Assembly: GCA_964471535.1 (NCBI GenBank)
Contig: CAYYHA010000006.1
Location: 1-51,136 of the forward strand
Source: an uncultured Myxococcia bacterium
GTDB taxonomy: Bacteria; Myxococcota; Myxococcia; SLRQ01
Reading direction: 5' to 3'
Length of the DNA: 51,136 bases
How positions within the stretch are numbered: the stretch's first letter is position 1; each line of letters starts with the position of its first letter. Below are positions 1-9,020 of the stretch, one piece after another. A program made the position numbers and the translations under genes. The notes beneath the pieces are model-generated. The model had not been told where the DNA came from, did not search any database, and was given only the letters and a program-made list of their open reading frames with translations.

Positions 1-317
1 TCTCGAGTATCCACGTCAACGGCTACTTCGGCCGCTACGACAAGCGGAGCATGCTGCTGCGCTTCGCCCGGGAACGCCTCGGCTTGAATGCGGCCGAAGC
101 CGCGGCTCGGCTGCTCTACGTCGGGGACTCGCCCAACGACGCCCCGCTCTTCGCTGCTTTCGAACATTCGGTGGGCGTGGCGAACGTACGCCGCTTCCTC
201 GGCGCGCTGTCCACCCCACCCGCCTTTCTCGCCCGCCGTGCCTCGGGGGCCGGCTTTGCCGAGGTGGTCCGGGCGGTGCTCCGAGCGCGTCCCCCCGCCG
301 CTCAAGGCAGGCGATAG
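1..317 (+). CDS. HAD-superfamily (Cof/IIB-like) hydrolase, C-terminal fragment; the 5' end lies upstream of the window
   Basis: Frame 3 is open from base 3. The tail contains the HAD motif IV signature YVGDSPNDAPLF (GDxxND). Stop TAG at 315-317. High GC3. Confidence 0.7.
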   Translation, partial: SSIHVNGYFGRYDKRSMLLRFARERLGLNAAEAAARLLYVGDSPNDAPLFAAFEHSVGVANVRRFLGALSTPPAFLARRASGAGFAEVVRAVLRARPPAAQGRR

Positions 318-1234
318 AGCGCACGGCGCCCCACCGGTGTGCGCGTGAGGCGCCCTCCCGCCGCCATCCGGTCGAGGAGGTCGGTGGCATCCGCCGGGTC
401 GATCTCGAGGAGCACGGCCGCCTCCGCCGCGGCCACCGAGCCCCGTGCCTCCGCCAAGGCCACGAGATAGGCCTGGCGATCCGCCACCGCCGGCGGGTCG
501 CCGACCAGCTCGGCGGGTTCCCCACACACCGAGACGATGGCCTCGGCGATCTCCTCGAAGGGCCGCGCGCCCCGGAGGTCCTGGATCCCGGCGGGCCCGA
601 AGAAGAGGAAGCCGGGACTGCCCATCGCCCCGGTCTCCGCCGCGTGCTCGAGATCCGCCTCGAGAAGGGCGCCCGCCGAGCCGTCGACGAGCGCCGACTC
701 CACCGCCTCACCCTCGAGCCCCGACTCGGTGGCCAAGGCCCCGAGTTCGGCGGGGTCCTCCAGGGCGCGGCCCTCACAAAGCGCGGCCTCGCGCAGGCGG
801 CGCAGGTAGCGCCAGCCCTTTACCGGATCCATCCGCCAGCCCGCTTTGAGCGCCGCACAGGCGGGCCACGAGCTCACCGCGCCGCGCAGCCATCGCTCGC
901 TGTCGAGGGGCATTCCCGACAGGTGCGCCACCTCCTCCCACTGCATGGCGATCTGCTCCGGCCGATTGAAGGCGCTCGCCGAGCGGGTGAGTTCCTCGGC
1001 GCTCCGGTAGAGACCGGTCGCGATGGGCTCCACGCACAGGAGGGAGCCGAAGACCTCGGTGACCTTCAGCCAGGTGGGTTCGAACGCCCAGCACCATGCC
1101 GAGAAGGGGTCGGTGAACCATTGCACCCGTACGAGGGGCTCGTCGGGCTGCGCGTGTCCTTCGAGGAGCGCAGCGATGGAGGGGGTGGGAAGCGCGTCGC
1201 TTCTGGTTGGGGTCGAGGGGGACGTGGAATCCAT
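302..1234 (-). CDS. DsbA-family thioredoxin-fold protein (SxxC variant) with a C-terminal helical extension
   Basis: An internal ATG at 1234 starts MDSTSPS.... The remaining upstream part of the 466-aa track ORF is Arg/Ser-rich and overlaps the neighbouring gene. It shows the DsbA-like pattern VQWFTDPFSAWCWAFEP and, later, MGSPGFLFFG. Stop TGA at 302-304. Confidence 0.6.
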   Translation of the reverse strand: MDSTSPSTPTRSDALPTPSIAALLEGHAQPDEPLVRVQWFTDPFSAWCWAFEPTWLKVTEVFGSLLCVEPIATGLYRSAEELTRSASAFNRPEQIAMQWEEVAHLSGMPLDSERWLRGAVSSWPACAALKAGWRMDPVKGWRYLRRLREAALCEGRALEDPAELGALATESGLEGEAVESALVDGSAGALLEADLEHAAETGAMGSPGFLFFGPAGIQDLRGARPFEEIAEAIVSVCGEPAELVGDPPAVADRQAYLVALAEARGSVAAAEAAVLLEIDPADATDLLDRMAAGGRLTRTPVGRRALYRLP

Positions 1235-1367
1235 GGTACGCTCAATTTCCGAGGTTAGCGCGAACGTCTGTTCGACGCGATGCAGGCCGCACGTACCGCG
1301 TTGGTGCGAGATGCGAGCACGCGCAGCGGGAGCACAGGCAAAGTGGGCGCAGTTCCAGTGAGGGTCT

Positions 1368-2039
1368 ATGGGGGACACCGAAGATCTCGACCGCCCAGGT
1401 GAGGGTGCGCGGCGTGTTCGACTCGAACTCGACCGGGAGGAGATCCACCGGCTGGTGGAGGTGGACGGGGGGCGCTCTCGCATCTTCCTCCCGTTGGAGG
1501 CCGAAGCGCATGCCGGCGACCGCGTGCAGGCGGAGGTGGGGATCCGAGGTGCCGAGCAGACCTTCCGTCTCACGGGGCAGGTGGTCGCCGTTCGGCACCA
1601 GGGGCGCGGCAAGGGGATGCCGCGGGGTTGGGAGGTCGCCGTGCGTGCCTCCCACCGTCGCGCGCTGCGTTGCCTGGTCGCGCTCGCGGACGGCCGGCCC
1701 ATCGCCTACGCCTACCGCGAGTACGAGCGGCACGAGGTCGACTGGCCGGCGAAACTCAGCTGGCGGAAGGTGACGGCGGAGGGCCGCGTCACCGACCTCT
1801 CGCTGGGCGGTGCAAGGGTCAGCGGGCTCGAGGTGCTCCCGAGCCTGGGCGAGCGGGTCCGTGCGGTACTTCGCCCACCGGCCCTGCGCATGGCACTGAT
1901 GCTGAAAGGCCGTGTGCGGTGGCTCGACTACGCCGCCCCGGCACGCACCTGTGGGATCGAGTTCCAGGGTGGTGGCTTCCGGTGGAAGCGCCGCCTGCTC
2001 GTGTTGCTCGAGGGGCTCGAGCCGCCTCTCGTCCGCTAG
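1368..2039 (+). CDS. PilZ-domain c-di-GMP receptor
   Basis: The C-terminal half has both PilZ signatures: REYER (RxxxR), then about 20 aa later DLSLGG (DxSxxG). ATG start, TAG stop, good GC3. Confidence 0.8.
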   Translation: MGDTEDLDRPGEGARRVRLELDREEIHRLVEVDGGRSRIFLPLEAEAHAGDRVQAEVGIRGAEQTFRLTGQVVAVRHQGRGKGMPRGWEVAVRASHRRALRCLVALADGRPIAYAYREYERHEVDWPAKLSWRKVTAEGRVTDLSLGGARVSGLEVLPSLGERVRAVLRPPALRMALMLKGRVRWLDYAAPARTCGIEFQGGGFRWKRRLLVLLEGLEPPLVR

Positions 2040-2050
2040 GAGATGCAGGG

Positions 2051-2734
2051 ATGGTCCTGAAGGGTCAGTATCTGGAGCGGATGGCCATCATCGACGCCGG
2101 CGATGTCACCCTCGAGGGGCTCTACCACCGCGGCGCGCTCGAACCTCCCGTGGTCATCGTGCCCCCGCATCCGGCGTATGGCGGCTCGATGGACAGCACG
2201 GTGGTCGCCGAGGTGGCCTGGGCGGTCGCCCGCGCCGGGCACGCCTCCCTCCGTTTCAACTATCGGGGCATCGGCGCATCGCAGGGCGTCTGGGCCGCCG
2301 AGCGGGACGCGGAGGACCTCGAGGCCGTGGTGCGACACCTGGCCGAGACCACGGCCACCGAGCGGGTCGCCCTGGCGGGTTACTCCTACGGTGCCTGGGT
2401 CGCGGCGGCGGTGGCGGGTGTGCGGCCGGCGCTTCCCGCGCTGATCCTCGTCTCACCCCCCGTCACCCGCTTCGATTTTCCCACGGCACTCGCCGCGCTG
2501 CGCCAGCGTCCGGGTGGGGCACCACGAACCCTGTTCGTCACGGGGGAGTGCGACGAGATCGCGCCGCCGGAGGCCGTCTGCGCCGCGGCCAGTGCGCTCG
2601 GCGACGCCGCGTGCGTCGAGGTCGTGGCCGGTGCCGACCACGGCTACGTTCGTGGTCTCCCGGAGGTCGGCGCACTCTGCGCGCGCTTCCTGGGGGCGGG
2701 GGGGGCCGAGGGCGCCGCACTCACGGCTCGTTGA
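2051..2734 (+). CDS. alpha/beta-fold hydrolase
   Basis: ATG at 2051, 11 nt after the PilZ stop. It has the nucleophile elbow GYSYG (GxSxG) and a late ADHGY motif. The upstream part of track ORF 1628-2734 overlaps PilZ in another frame and was discarded. Confidence 0.75.
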   Translation: MVLKGQYLERMAIIDAGDVTLEGLYHRGALEPPVVIVPPHPAYGGSMDSTVVAEVAWAVARAGHASLRFNYRGIGASQGVWAAERDAEDLEAVVRHLAETTATERVALAGYSYGAWVAAAVAGVRPALPALILVSPPVTRFDFPTALAALRQRPGGAPRTLFVTGECDEIAPPEAVCAAASALGDAACVEVVAGADHGYVRGLPEVGALCARFLGAGGAEGAALTAR

Positions 2735-5700
2735 AGAGCCGGGTGATGGTGCGCGCCGGGTCGGCGCGCATCTCGCGTATCCAGGCCGCCAAATGGTGGC
2801 GCTGCAGTGCCTGCACGAAGCGTGACTCGGGGGCGAGGAGTTCATAGACCCCCTGCGGTCTCGCCGCCTCGAAGCCGCGGAACTGCACCGAGCCGGCGAA
2901 GCGGAAGATCTGCACGTCCTGCGATGGATCCCCGGTTGCTGCGATGCTGACGACGAGGGAGAGTTCCGGCTCGGGAAAGGCAAAGGGCTCGCGGACCTCG
3001 GGTGCGAGCTCGTCGACGTGGACCGATTGCACGAAGTGGATGCGGTTCGAGGCGGTCTGCAGGAGGTAGGCGTTCAGCGCGTCGGCGGAGAGTGCGATGC
3101 CCACGTTGTAGATGTCGCTCACCGCCTGCAGCAGGCCGCCGCTCTCTTCGGCGCGCTGCCGCAGGGAGAGTTCTTCGAGGAGGCTCTGCCCGAGCGCCCT
3201 CGCCGCCGCGATCGCCGCCCCTCGGTCCCCGTGCTCGAGCGCCGCCTCGATGTACCGGCCCACCGCGTCGGGCATCGAGAGCGCCCAGGCCGAGTCCACG
3301 TGCACCCGAAAGGGCCACTTGAGATCCGGGTTGCCCCGAGCGAGGCGCTCCGCCCGCAGGGCCGCCTCCAGGCGCGCGCGCACCGCGGCGCTGCGGGCGG
3401 TTCCGCGGGCCGCCTCGTTGATCTTCTCGGAAATGGCCACCCGCAGCGTTCCGTACACCTCGTCCTCGAAGCGGACCACCTCGGCAGCGCTCCCGTAGGC
3501 GATGTAGATGCCCGTTTCCAGCCCTCGTCCCTCCGCCTCCCGCGCCGCGTCCTCTGCCGCGCGGCGGCGCAGCGCCTGGGCCTCTTCGAGGCGCGAGAGC
3601 TGGCCCTCCAACGCTCGGAGGCGGCGGTCGTGCTCCTCGGTGAGCAGGGTGTCGAGCTTTTGTGCCCGAGCCTCGGGATCGAGGCGAGAGAGGATCTCGC
3701 GCGTCCTGTCGACCTGCTCGAGCAACTCGGCCCGTGCCGCGTGGAGCCGTTCGAGCTCGGCGGCGGCTTGCGGCGCCGCCGGCTGCTCTCGCAGCTGCGT
3801 CTGTGCCTCGGTGATCTGCTGCTCGATGCGCGCGAGGCGCCGCATCGCCCACTCGTCGAAGCGAGCTTCCTTCTCCGGGAGGGAAAGGGCACGGAGGCCC
3901 GCCATTTCGCGGCGAAGCTGCTCGACCTCACGGAGGGTTGCCGCCGCCTCTTCGGCCAGGGCGGGGTCCTCCGGATCGGGAAGGTCCGCGGCGCCGGCAC
4001 CTTCGGCGGCCAGGGTGGGTGAGGCCCGGAGCAGCTCCGCCTCGTACGCGCGGCCGATCCGCTCGAGGTCCTGCGCCAGCTCGATGAGCAGGGGCATCTG
4101 GCCGGCGAAGGCCGCAGCGTCTCCGAGGAGATTGTGCAGGCGGATCGGGGTCTCGCTGCCTCCACCGTAGGCGAGGGTCGCCATCCGCTGCTTGGCCGAG
4201 GCGAGGATGGGCGCATAGAAGTGGTGGCGCATGAAGTCGGCCATCACCACCTCCTTCGCGCGGTGCGTGCGCCGAGTGTAGCCCTTCAGGTCGACGAAGA
4301 GCTGTCCTTCGCGACGCTGCTTCAGCGCGTGGAGGATGGGCCGGTCGTCGGCGGCGAAGCGGTAGAGGCGCCCGCTCTCCCAGCGCTCCTCGAGGTCGCC
4401 GGGCTCCTCCTCGTCGCGCGCGTGGCGCAGCCGCGCGAGGGCCTCATCGAGGCGCGCGGCGCCGTAGCGGTCGAGACAGTAGACGACGTAGGCCCGGCAC
4501 CCCCGCGCAAAGAGGGCCTCGGGGGCCGGCAGACCGGCGCAGGGCGCTCGCTCTGGGTCGCCGGCTTCGAGGGCTTCGAGGGCGGCGGTGAGCGCGCCAT
4601 GTCGCTCCATGCCCTCGTCGAGACGTCCACGCCCGAAGGCTCGGAGTCGCTCGAGGATGGCCCGTCGCGCCTTTGGGGCGAGGTAGGCTGCCTCGAGCTC
4701 CGAGTCCCGCCGCACGGTCGCCGCTAGGAGGCGCATCCATTCGCTGCGCCCGTCGTCGAAGCGGAGCAGGAAATCCAAGGTGCGCTCACGCAGTTCGGCG
4801 AGGAGCCCAGATCGGATGGTGGCCTTCCGGGCCTTCAGGCGTTCCCAGAGCGCCGAACGTAGCTTCGTCTCGAGACGCATCGGGTCAGGGGTCCCCTCGG
4901 CCAGCACCTCCTCGTAGACCGGCTCGAGGATCTCGGCGGCTGCACCCGAGATCTCCCACGGGTTCAGATCGTTCTGCAGCGCGCGTGAGCGGATGGAGAC
5001 GAAGAGCAGGGGATGGATGGCGGTGCGAACGAGGAGCCAGGTGCGCGAGAGGTCGAAGTCGAAGCGGCGCCCGCGCAGGCGTCCGATCGTCGCTTCGACC
5101 GCGCACTCCAGCGCCGCGAAGAGGGTGAGCCCCACCGCCTTTTCCAAGCGCTCATAGGAGGGAACCCGCAGCGGGACCGCCTTCACCTGCGCCTTGGTCG
5201 CGACGAGCCGGTCGGTGAGTGCGAGGATGGCGAGGTAGAGCAGTGGCACCTCGCCCCGCCCCTCGATCTCTGCTTGAACCGCGCCGGCCACCACCTCGCG
5301 GAGGCGGCCCAGAAGCCGCGCGCCGGGTCCCCCCTGGGCCGTCCATCCTTCGAGCAGCCCCGCGTCCAGATGGGGATCGAGCCGGAGTGCTCGCTCGATG
5401 AAGCGCATCTCGAGCGTCTCCTGGCCACTCCGTCGCGGTGCGTAGCTCTCTTCGCGCAGGGGTGGGCCCTCGAGGAGGCGGAGGCGGTCCGCCTCGCCTC
5501 TGAAGCGACGCACGAAGAGTTCGAGGAGGGCCTTCGTGGCCTGTTGCAGGATGCGCTCGCTCTCCGAGTCCAGGAGGTAGGGAACCTTCAGATCGAGGAG
5601 GGATTCACCGAGGCGGAAGGGCAGGCGCCCGAAGGGTTTGGTCCAGAACTCGGTAGGCCGGACGCCGTGGGCGCCGAAGTGTTCGAAGAGCACACGCCAA

Positions 5701-5738
5701 GTGGCCAGTCGCAGTTCCGGGCGGGTCCGCAGGCTCAC
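2721..5738 (-). CDS. 1005-aa cytoplasmic orphan: helical N-terminal half, a class III nucleotidyl-cyclase-like core interrupted by a long coiled coil, and an uncharacterised C-terminal domain
   Basis: One uninterrupted ORF with high GC3. Its ATG overlaps the stop of the upstream CAP gene (ATGA at 5735-5738). Cyclase-like strings are QLFVDLKGYTRRT, LLGDAAAFAG and GIYIAYGS...ISEKINEAARG. No signal peptide. Confidence 0.85.
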   Translation of the reverse strand: MSLRTRPELRLATWRVLFEHFGAHGVRPTEFWTKPFGRLPFRLGESLLDLKVPYLLDSESERILQQATKALLELFVRRFRGEADRLRLLEGPPLREESYAPRRSGQETLEMRFIERALRLDPHLDAGLLEGWTAQGGPGARLLGRLREVVAGAVQAEIEGRGEVPLLYLAILALTDRLVATKAQVKAVPLRVPSYERLEKAVGLTLFAALECAVEATIGRLRGRRFDFDLSRTWLLVRTAIHPLLFVSIRSRALQNDLNPWEISGAAAEILEPVYEEVLAEGTPDPMRLETKLRSALWERLKARKATIRSGLLAELRERTLDFLLRFDDGRSEWMRLLAATVRRDSELEAAYLAPKARRAILERLRAFGRGRLDEGMERHGALTAALEALEAGDPERAPCAGLPAPEALFARGCRAYVVYCLDRYGAARLDEALARLRHARDEEEPGDLEERWESGRLYRFAADDRPILHALKQRREGQLFVDLKGYTRRTHRAKEVVMADFMRHHFYAPILASAKQRMATLAYGGGSETPIRLHNLLGDAAAFAGQMPLLIELAQDLERIGRAYEAELLRASPTLAAEGAGAADLPDPEDPALAEEAAATLREVEQLRREMAGLRALSLPEKEARFDEWAMRRLARIEQQITEAQTQLREQPAAPQAAAELERLHAARAELLEQVDRTREILSRLDPEARAQKLDTLLTEEHDRRLRALEGQLSRLEEAQALRRRAAEDAAREAEGRGLETGIYIAYGSAAEVVRFEDEVYGTLRVAISEKINEAARGTARSAAVRARLEAALRAERLARGNPDLKWPFRVHVDSAWALSMPDAVGRYIEAALEHGDRGAAIAAARALGQSLLEELSLRQRAEESGGLLQAVSDIYNVGIALSADALNAYLLQTASNRIHFVQSVHVDELAPEVREPFAFPEPELSLVVSIAATGDPSQDVQIFRFAGSVQFRGFEAARPQGVYELLAPESRFVQALQRHHLAAWIREMRADPARTITRLFNEP

Positions 5739-7333
5739 CGGGGCCCCTCCAGCGCCCCGCAGAAGAGCGTGAGCCAGAGGCGCGAAGGGCCGAGCCGGCT
5801 CCGCTTTCGCTCGGCGACGCCGATTCCGAAGCGATGACAGGTCGGGTCGGAAGCGGCTGGCGCATGGCGGATGTCCTCGGGCTCTGCACCGACCACCGTA
5901 TCGACCCGAACGGAGGCGAGATCGGGGTCCTGCTGCAGAGCGAGATCCCGCACCCGAGCGGTCTCCTCCGGCAGCTCGGTCGCATCGGCCGCCGCCAGGG
6001 CGAGCGAGAGCTGCTCGGCCAGCGCGTCGAGGGCGGGATCCCGCAGGGCACGGCGCAGGCCGAGACGCCGCCGGTGGGCGCGCAGAGCTTCGGCTGCGCG
6101 CTGGGCGAGCGTCGACAGGGCGCGCTGCTCGAGCGACGGCACGGACGGGCCGGCCCGGCCACGCGCCGGCGTAGCGAGGAGGACGACGAGATACACCTCA
6201 TCCCCGGCCGCTTCGAAGCCGACCCCAGCGTGCGTAGCGTGGGGGTCGAGGAGCACCGCGCGATGGGCGGGGCTCTCGGCCATCGCCTGCAGGGCACCCA
6301 TCGCGGTGGGCGCCACCGCGAGATCCTCTGCGAGCCAGGTGTAGCGCAGCCCGGTTGCGTCCACGCGCGCGCGCGCCGACACAGCCGGTCCGCCGTGGGA
6401 GAGGCGGTGCCGCGCCGCAAGATCCTTGGCTCGCCAGGTCGCCGCCTTGTCGAGTCGCGGCTCCGGGTGCAGGGGGTCGAGGGCGGCCTCCCGGCGCATC
6501 GCATCCATGGCACGACGCAGTGCCACGCGAGGGTCGCCCGGGGGCTCAGGCCACGGCGGGTCGGGGCCGTCGGGAGGGGAGACGCCTACGTAGACGGGAG
6601 CGAGCAAGGCCACCTCGGGGCCCTCGTCTCCCTCCACCGTCAGCTCGATGACATGCGTCCCGAACTGGCGTAAATCAAAGGCGACTCGGAATCGTCCCGG
6701 CGCAGGGGTCTCGGCTGTCAGGCGCAGCACCCCGCCTTGCGGTCCTTGCACCCAGGCCACGGGGCGGTGCACGTCCTCGAGCAGCGTGCCCTCCACGACG
6801 AGGCGGCCAGGCCCTGCGAGGCGCCTCGGAAAGGGGTCGGCCTCGGCGAGGCGGCGGGTGCACAGGAGCACGCCGATGGGGCCCTCGTGCCCCGGCCAGA
6901 TGCCGATGCCCATACGCGTGGCATCCCCGTGCGCCTCTGCAGCTCGCTCGAGCGCAGTGTAGAGTTCGGTCCAGGAGGCGGCCCGCACCAGCGTGGGCCG
7001 CACCGCGGCATCCGGCGCGCCGGAGCGGTGGACGAAAAAGCGGGCCAGGCGGACGAGGAGCGCCCGGCGCTCGAGGCCCGAGGCGCCGTCGGCCGCGGCG
7101 GCCAGTGCTCGTGCTGCATCGCACAGCGCGCCATCGGTGGGCAGGGGCCAGGCGGCCGGATCGCAGAGGCGCCGCTCCGGCGGCCGAGTGCCGTAGTGGA
7201 AGGCCGGCCTGGGGAGGGGAGGGCCGGCCGCCGCGGTGGCGGGCAGGCCGGTCACGAACAGGGTGGAGGCAGGCACTGCGATGGCCACGAGCCGCAGCGC
7301 GGGGTGGCGTCGGGCGCCACCGCGCCGCTGCAC
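5735..7333 (-). CDS. secreted protein with two CAP/SCP/PR-1-like (YkwD-type) domains
   Basis: The second domain shows the CAP pattern LRRAMDAMRREAALDPLHPEPRLDKAA...RLSHGG...AESPAHRAVLLDP...GVGF. A weaker first copy lies upstream. The likely start is GTG at 7333, giving the signal-like segment RRHPALRLVAIAVPASTLF. The track start at 7543 would overlap the upstream gene by 95 nt. Confidence 0.72.
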   Translation of the reverse strand: MQRRGGARRHPALRLVAIAVPASTLFVTGLPATAAAGPPLPRPAFHYGTRPPERRLCDPAAWPLPTDGALCDAARALAAAADGASGLERRALLVRLARFFVHRSGAPDAAVRPTLVRAASWTELYTALERAAEAHGDATRMGIGIWPGHEGPIGVLLCTRRLAEADPFPRRLAGPGRLVVEGTLLEDVHRPVAWVQGPQGGVLRLTAETPAPGRFRVAFDLRQFGTHVIELTVEGDEGPEVALLAPVYVGVSPPDGPDPPWPEPPGDPRVALRRAMDAMRREAALDPLHPEPRLDKAATWRAKDLAARHRLSHGGPAVSARARVDATGLRYTWLAEDLAVAPTAMGALQAMAESPAHRAVLLDPHATHAGVGFEAAGDEVYLVVLLATPARGRAGPSVPSLEQRALSTLAQRAAEALRAHRRRLGLRRALRDPALDALAEQLSLALAAADATELPEETARVRDLALQQDPDLASVRVDTVVGAEPEDIRHAPAASDPTCHRFGIGVAERKRSRLGPSRLWLTLFCGALEGPR

Positions 7334-7448
7334 CGAGGCCGTGTAGCACCGGCTGCCAGGGAACGCCGGGGACCGACGCGGCGCGCGCGGACCGGCACCG
7401 TGCCGGCGGCGCGTCGCCCCAGGCCGAGCCCCCACCAGGTCCGGCTCC

Positions 7449-8207
7449 TCACTCTCCGCCGGCACCCCGCTCCCTCGTCTCAGGCTCCACGGGGTACCCC
7501 GCGCGGGCGAGAGCCGCCTCGAGGGCCTTCGGCGCGAAGCCACGGACGAGCTCCCCGTGCACGTCGGTCACCGGAATGCCGCCCGCCGAGATCCCGGCGG
7601 CCTGCGCCTTGGCACGGAGCTCGTCCGCAGCCCCGGGGTCCTTTTCGATGTCCCGCTCGATGAAGGGGATGCCCCGCGCTCGGAGCCATGCCTTTACCTT
7701 CTTGCAGAAGCCGCACCACTCGGCCGAGTAGACGTAGACCTCGTGGTGTTTCAGGAGCTGCGCCCCGTCCAAGTGTCCGGTGGCCCCAAGCTTCGAGAGG
7801 TCGATCTTCGAGAAGGTCGGCGTCTCCTGCCGAAAGTCACCCACGACCAGCTCCGATTCGGCGGCCGCCTCCAGCCCGCCGCCCAGCCGGGAGACCACCA
7901 CCCGGTCGCGCCTCTCCTCTGGAACCTCCTCGATGCGCGTGGCCAGATGAGGGCGCCCTCGGCTGTCGTACCAGGTGTAGACGACCTCCCCCTCGCCGGC
8001 ACGAGGTGCCGCCGGCAGCTTCGTCTGCGCTGCCGGCGCGCCGCCGGCCTCGTCGCCTTTGGCGCTTCCCGCTGCCGAAGCCGCAACGCGGCCGCCCCCC
8101 GTCTCCCCCTCGGCTGCGGCGTGCTCCGGCGAGGGTGCGCCCTCCCCGTCGCAGCCGAGCGCGCTTGGGACGACGACGGCCAGGAGCAGAAGGGTCAAAG
8201 GTCGCAT
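7449..8207 (-). CDS. lipoprotein with a C-terminal glutaredoxin/NrdH-like domain
   Basis: ATG at 8207 gives MRPLTLLLLAVVVPSALGC (lipobox LGC). The C-terminal part reads VYVYSAEWCGFCKKVKAWL...GIPVTDVHGELVRGF, a typical CxxC glutaredoxin fold. Confidence 0.8.
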   Translation of the reverse strand: MRPLTLLLLAVVVPSALGCDGEGAPSPEHAAAEGETGGGRVAASAAGSAKGDEAGGAPAAQTKLPAAPRAGEGEVVYTWYDSRGRPHLATRIEEVPEERRDRVVVSRLGGGLEAAAESELVVGDFRQETPTFSKIDLSKLGATGHLDGAQLLKHHEVYVYSAEWCGFCKKVKAWLRARGIPFIERDIEKDPGAADELRAKAQAAGISAGGIPVTDVHGELVRGFAPKALEAALARAGYPVEPETRERGAGGE

Positions 8208-8256
8208 GCGGTCGCCTCGTCTCGCCCCCTGGTCGGTGCCAGGATAGCAGAGTTGC

Positions 8257-8280
8257 GGGGGCGACACGCACCTCGCCCCC
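8257..8280 (-). terminator. possible stem-loop terminator after the FNR-like gene
   Basis: GGGGGCGA-N8-TCGCCCCC is a perfect 8-bp stem lying 9 nt downstream of the minus-strand stop at 8289. It has no clear U-tract. Confidence 0.35.
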
Positions 8281-8288
8281 AAACCGAA

Positions 8289-8996
8289 TCAGAAGTTGGT
8301 CAGGATGCGCTCCTTCGGCAGGCCGGCGCGCTCGAGGTCGCGGGCGACCGCCTCCTGCATCCCCTTCACGCCACAGAGGAGCGCTACGGCCTGGCCAAGG
8401 TCCGGCTCCACCTTTGGCAGCACGTCCTGCACGTAGCCGGTGTGCCCGGACCACGGGGCGCTCCCCGGCTGAGAGACCACCTGGTGGACTTCCACGCCCT
8501 GCGCGCGCCAGGCATCGAGTTCGTCGGCGAAGCCGAAGGCGTCGGGACGGCGGGCACCGAAGAAGAGAACGATGCGGCCGTAGGCGTCCCTGCGTTCGAG
8601 CAGATATAGGATCACTGGCCGGATGGCGCTGATGCCCGACCCGGTGACGAAGAGGAGGATGTCGTGACCGGGATAGGCGTCTACGCGGAACCCGGGACCC
8701 ATGGGCGCGGTCATCTCGATCTCCGCGCCGGGTTCGAGCGCGGCGAGGGCGTCGGTGACCGCGCCCCCCCGCTTGACGAGGAACTCGAAGACCTGGGTCT
8801 CGCCGGGCGGGGAGGCCACGGCGAGGAAGGCCGCGTCCTCGGCACCGGGCAGGCGGACCTGCACGTATTGGCCCGGCACCTCGAGCGCTTCGCCGAGACG
8901 CGGCTCGGAGACGTCGACGCGCAGCAGGGTGAGTTCGTCGGTGAGGGGGCGGACCTCGAGGAGGCGGACGCGATGGAACGGCGGCGGCGTCTTCAT
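8289..8996 (-). CDS. ferredoxin-NADP(+) reductase-like FAD/NAD(P)-binding oxidoreductase
   Basis: ATG at 8996 (MKTPPPFHRV...), 235 aa. It has a beta-barrel FAD part (GQYVQVRL) and an NAD-binding glycine motif (LLFVTGSGISAIRP). The 676-aa track ORF upstream is antisense junk. Confidence 0.8.
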   Translation of the reverse strand: MKTPPPFHRVRLLEVRPLTDELTLLRVDVSEPRLGEALEVPGQYVQVRLPGAEDAAFLAVASPPGETQVFEFLVKRGGAVTDALAALEPGAEIEMTAPMGPGFRVDAYPGHDILLFVTGSGISAIRPVILYLLERRDAYGRIVLFFGARRPDAFGFADELDAWRAQGVEVHQVVSQPGSAPWSGHTGYVQDVLPKVEPDLGQAVALLCGVKGMQEAVARDLERAGLPKERILTNF

Positions 8997-9020
8997 GGCG
9001 GTGGTAGGGTAGCGGGCCTC

